Positions 61,473-64,000 of a stretch of DNA of 64,000 nt are shown in pieces. The stretch is from Pseudomonadota bacterium (GTDB lineage: Bacteria; Pseudomonadota; Gammaproteobacteria; JAJDOJ01): assembly GCA_034722015.1 (NCBI GenBank), contig JAYENI010000088.1, forward strand, positions 30,574 to 94,573, read 5' to 3'. The position numbers and the translations under genes were made by a program. Below the pieces are notes generated by a model. The model saw only the letters and a list, made by a program, of their open reading frames with translations, was not told where the DNA came from and searched no databases. Position 1 is the stretch's first letter, and each line of letters starts with the position of its first letter.

Positions 61473-62606
61473 GTGCGGCGACTGGTCCTGTTGTGGTGTG
61501 CCTTTCTGGTGGCCGGCTGTGCTCCCCGGGAAGAATCGTTGCCCCGCCTCGACATCACCGAATTTTTGTCCGGTGAGGAAGTGCAGGGGTACCCTCGGGC
61601 ATTGGCGCCACGTGACTTCCGTTTTCCCGAGGATCACGGGGCACACCCAGAATTCCGCAGCGAGTGGTGGTACGTTACCGGTAACCTCGAGGACACGTCC
61701 GGCAGGCCCTTCGGGTTCCAAATCTCATTTTTCCGCTACAACCTGGCGCCGGGCCAGGTAGAGCGCAGCTCGGCCTGGGGCACGAATCAGGTTTGGATGG
61801 CGCACCTTGCCGTCAGTGATATCGAGACCGGTGAACACCTCGCCGACGAACGCCTCGCCCGGGGCGCGATGGGACTGGCTGGCGTGGAGCAGGATCCTTT
61901 CCGCGTCTGGGTCGAGGACTGGGAAATGTCGGGCCCTGCGGAATTTCCCTGGCACATCCAGGCATCAACCGAAAATTTTTCCATGGATCTGACGATCCGG
62001 CCCGAAAAGCCTGTCGTGCTGCAGGGCGATCGGGGTCTGAGCCCGAAGAGTGATATCGAGGGAAACGCGTCGTACTACTATTCGCTCACGAGACTGCGTA
62101 CCGATGGCCAGGTGCGCATCGGTGGTCGCACACATCACGTGACGGGTACCTCGTGGCTGGACCGTGAGTGGGGTACCAGCGCGCTCGCGTCCAATCAGGA
62201 AGGGTGGGACTGGTTCGCGCTCCAGCTTGAGGGGCGTCGGGAGTTGATGTTCTATCGGCTTCGGCGACGTGATGGATCCAAGGACCCGGCAAGCCGCGGG
62301 GTACTGGTGGATCCTGACGGGGCCTCGATCAAATTGTCGGCAGGGGACGTGATCGTTCATCCCCTACAAACCTGGACCGGTCCCCGCGGCGATTCCTGGC
62401 CCGTGAAATGGCGGCTTCGCGTTCCCGACCAGGAGATCGACTGGATCGTGTCCGCAGCGTTCGAGGACCAGTTGGTCGATCTCGCGTTTCGCTACTGGGA
62501 GGGCAGCGTGCGAGTTCAAACATTCGAGGGTGGTGCGCCGGTCGGATACGGCTATCTGGAAATGACGCGCTACGGCGGATTGCGGACCGGGAATCCGGCT
62601 CCCTAG
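61473..62606 (+). CDS. lipocalin-like / CrtC-domain lipoprotein (AttH-like)
   Basis: Lipobox LVAGC; DHGAHPEFRSEWWYVTGNL...WLDREWGT motifs of the AttH/hydroxyneurosporene-synthase-like family; GTG start right after the permease stop. Confidence 0.65.
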   Translation: MRRLVLLWCAFLVAGCAPREESLPRLDITEFLSGEEVQGYPRALAPRDFRFPEDHGAHPEFRSEWWYVTGNLEDTSGRPFGFQISFFRYNLAPGQVERSSAWGTNQVWMAHLAVSDIETGEHLADERLARGAMGLAGVEQDPFRVWVEDWEMSGPAEFPWHIQASTENFSMDLTIRPEKPVVLQGDRGLSPKSDIEGNASYYYSLTRLRTDGQVRIGGRTHHVTGTSWLDREWGTSALASNQEGWDWFALQLEGRRELMFYRLRRRDGSKDPASRGVLVDPDGASIKLSAGDVIVHPLQTWTGPRGDSWPVKWRLRVPDQEIDWIVSAAFEDQLVDLAFRYWEGSVRVQTFEGGAPVGYGYLEMTRYGGLRTGNPAP

Positions 62607-62730
62607 TGATTCCGATGTTGTGCCGTGGCAGGTATCATCGGGCCGTCGTGGGTTGATCGGATGACAACCGGTGGATCGTGACCGGCTACGGTCATTTCAG
62701 TTACCAACGGGAAACAGGAACGGAGGAAAA

Positions 62731-63201
62731 ATGGCCATAGAAGAAGGGAAGGCCGCGCCACTGTTTACCTTGTCAGATACGCACGGTGACAAGGTGACGT
62801 TGAAGTCGTTTCGCGAGTGGGACGTCATCGTCTATTTCTATCCACGCGACGATACGCCGGGCTGCACGAAGGAGGCCTGCGGTTTTCGCGATCTATGGGG
62901 TGAAATCGAGGCGCTGGGCGCGGTCGTGCTGGGAATCTCGCCTGACGGCGCCGACTCGCATGCCAGGTTCGCCGGAAAGTACGACCTGCCGTTCACGTTG
63001 CTTTCCGATCCGGACAGAAAGGTGATGACGAAGTATGGCGCCTACGGGGAAAAGATGATGTACGGCAAGAAGACCATGGGTGTGATCCGGTCGACCGTTT
63101 GGATCGGGCCGAACGGCAAGGTGGTCAGGCACTGGCGACGTGTCCCCAAGGCGGCAGACCATCCCGCGAAGGTGCTGGAGGCGATTAAGGCCGGCGCCTG
63201 A
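62731..63201 (+). CDS. bcp: thiol peroxidase Bcp (peroxiredoxin Q)
   Basis: FYPRDDTPGCTKEAC peroxidatic Cys motif; GGAGGA ribosome-binding site 8 bp upstream. Confidence 0.9.
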   Translation: MAIEEGKAAPLFTLSDTHGDKVTLKSFREWDVIVYFYPRDDTPGCTKEACGFRDLWGEIEALGAVVLGISPDGADSHARFAGKYDLPFTLLSDPDRKVMTKYGAYGEKMMYGKKTMGVIRSTVWIGPNGKVVRHWRRVPKAADHPAKVLEAIKAGA

Positions 63202-63801
63202 TCAATTCACCTTGCCAGTGAGTTGCCTGAGGAAATCGATGTAGGGTGGTGTGTTCCAGGGGCGGCCGCCGAGCGCCTGGTAGTGTATACGACCTTCCGG
63301 ATCCACCAGGAACGTCGAGGGCAGCCCGCGAGGTTGCCAAACACCGGTCACCTTGCCGTCGGGATCCATCAGCGTTTCGAGGTCCGGTGCAACGGCACTG
63401 AGGAACATGAAGACCTGGTCCTCGGTCTCGGCCGTGTTGACCATGAGTATGTCGAGCAACTCAGGGCCAAGCGCCTCGGACATGCGCTGGATCGTGGGCA
63501 TTTCTTCGCGGCAGGGTCCGCACCAGCTGGCCCAGAAGTGTACGAAGGTCCAGCGTCCGGCGGAGTCCCGCAGGCTACGTATTTCCCCGTCCATATCCTG
63601 CAGTTCGAGCGGGGGCGCGGTCAGGGTGTCAACCCGCAAGATGCCTTTTGGAAGCGGGTCCGTCCCTGCAGTGGCCCACGTGGAAACCAGCATCATGCAG
63701 GCCAGGGCGACTGACCGGAATGACACATGTCTCGTGAACCGGGAAACCAGCAGTAAACGGTTCCGAGGGCGTACCGGTATGCAGGGCGATGTGCGCTCCA
63801 T
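63202..63801 (-). CDS. TlpA/ResA-like periplasmic thiol:disulfide oxidoreductase (thioredoxin fold)
   Basis: WASWCGPCREE CxxC motif, signal-peptide-like VALACMMLVSTWATA; start is approximate. Confidence 0.7.
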   Translation of the reverse strand: MERTSPCIPVRPRNRLLLVSRFTRHVSFRSVALACMMLVSTWATAGTDPLPKGILRVDTLTAPPLELQDMDGEIRSLRDSAGRWTFVHFWASWCGPCREEMPTIQRMSEALGPELLDILMVNTAETEDQVFMFLSAVAPDLETLMDPDGKVTGVWQPRGLPSTFLVDPEGRIHYQALGGRPWNTPPYIDFLRQLTGKVN

Positions 63802-64000
63802 CGCCGGGCTGCCCGGTCGGTCCGGGTCGATATGTTCCTTTCGCCCTGTGCTGCTTCCTTCCCGTTGGTTCGCTGTGGTTTCCATTGTCTACTCCGCGTC
63901 CCGCGCACAGCGTACTTCGTCGTAACGTATGTGGATCGGCTCGCCGTCCCGTTTCGCGCCGGTCGAGAAGTTCGCTTCCAGGGAGAACGGCCCCGGCACT

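Overview
This is a high-GC (about 62-66%) gammaproteobacterial chromosomal segment. Most of it is housekeeping, with E. coli-like synteny in places: gcvR-dapA-bamC; xseB-ispA-dxs; ffh / rpsP-rimM-trmD-rplS; htpG-hslR. Between these sit several accessory islands. Reading left to right the window contains: the 3' end of an RND efflux permease; tsaA; an arsC(yffB)-wrbA-DUF2069 operon; acyP; proS; a MIF-like tautomerase; a DUF4124 protein; a LysR regulator; an AI-2E transporter; a PIN-PhoH (PhoH2) gene directly upstream of a signal-peptide-bearing minimal ATP-dependent DNA ligase (Lig E type); gcvR-dapA-bamC; folE2-dxs-ispA-xseB; an iron/redox cluster (rubrerythrin, HdrD/GlpC-like CCG Fe-S protein, EncFtn-like mini-ferritin, uncharacterized protein) with a palindromic operator and a MITE insertion; a divergent pair made of a FAAL-ACP didomain gene and a DUF374 acyltransferase; radA; corC-like and ypjD-like genes; a type-B sdhCAB (diheme cytochrome b succinate:quinone oxidoreductase / fumarate reductase); a large SBP-GAF-GGDEF-EAL sensor; a class-II-like cAMP phosphodiesterase preceded by a perfect CRP box; the trmD operon; a glutamine amidotransferase; htpG; hslR; a NUDIX hydrolase; a UDP-glucuronate-4-epimerase-like gene; a lower-GC polysaccharide locus (PEP-CTERM-style OMP / Wzz-like / tyrosine-kinase-like genes, then rfbF, an LhgO-like FAD oxidase, an SDR epimerase, an RmlC-like epimerase, wzm and wzt, with no glycosyltransferase); an AttEFGH-like MacB-type ABC exporter with a lipocalin-like lipoprotein; bcp; and a TlpA-like thioredoxin. 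Two repeat families occur twice each: a MITE with 14-bp terminal inverted repeats sitting exactly on TAG stop codons, and a ~130-bp intergenic repeat. The ORF track shows TTG/GTG starts as M, and many of its long N-terminal extensions and antisense ORFs are high-GC artefacts. All product calls rest on my recognition of protein motifs and families, not on database searches.
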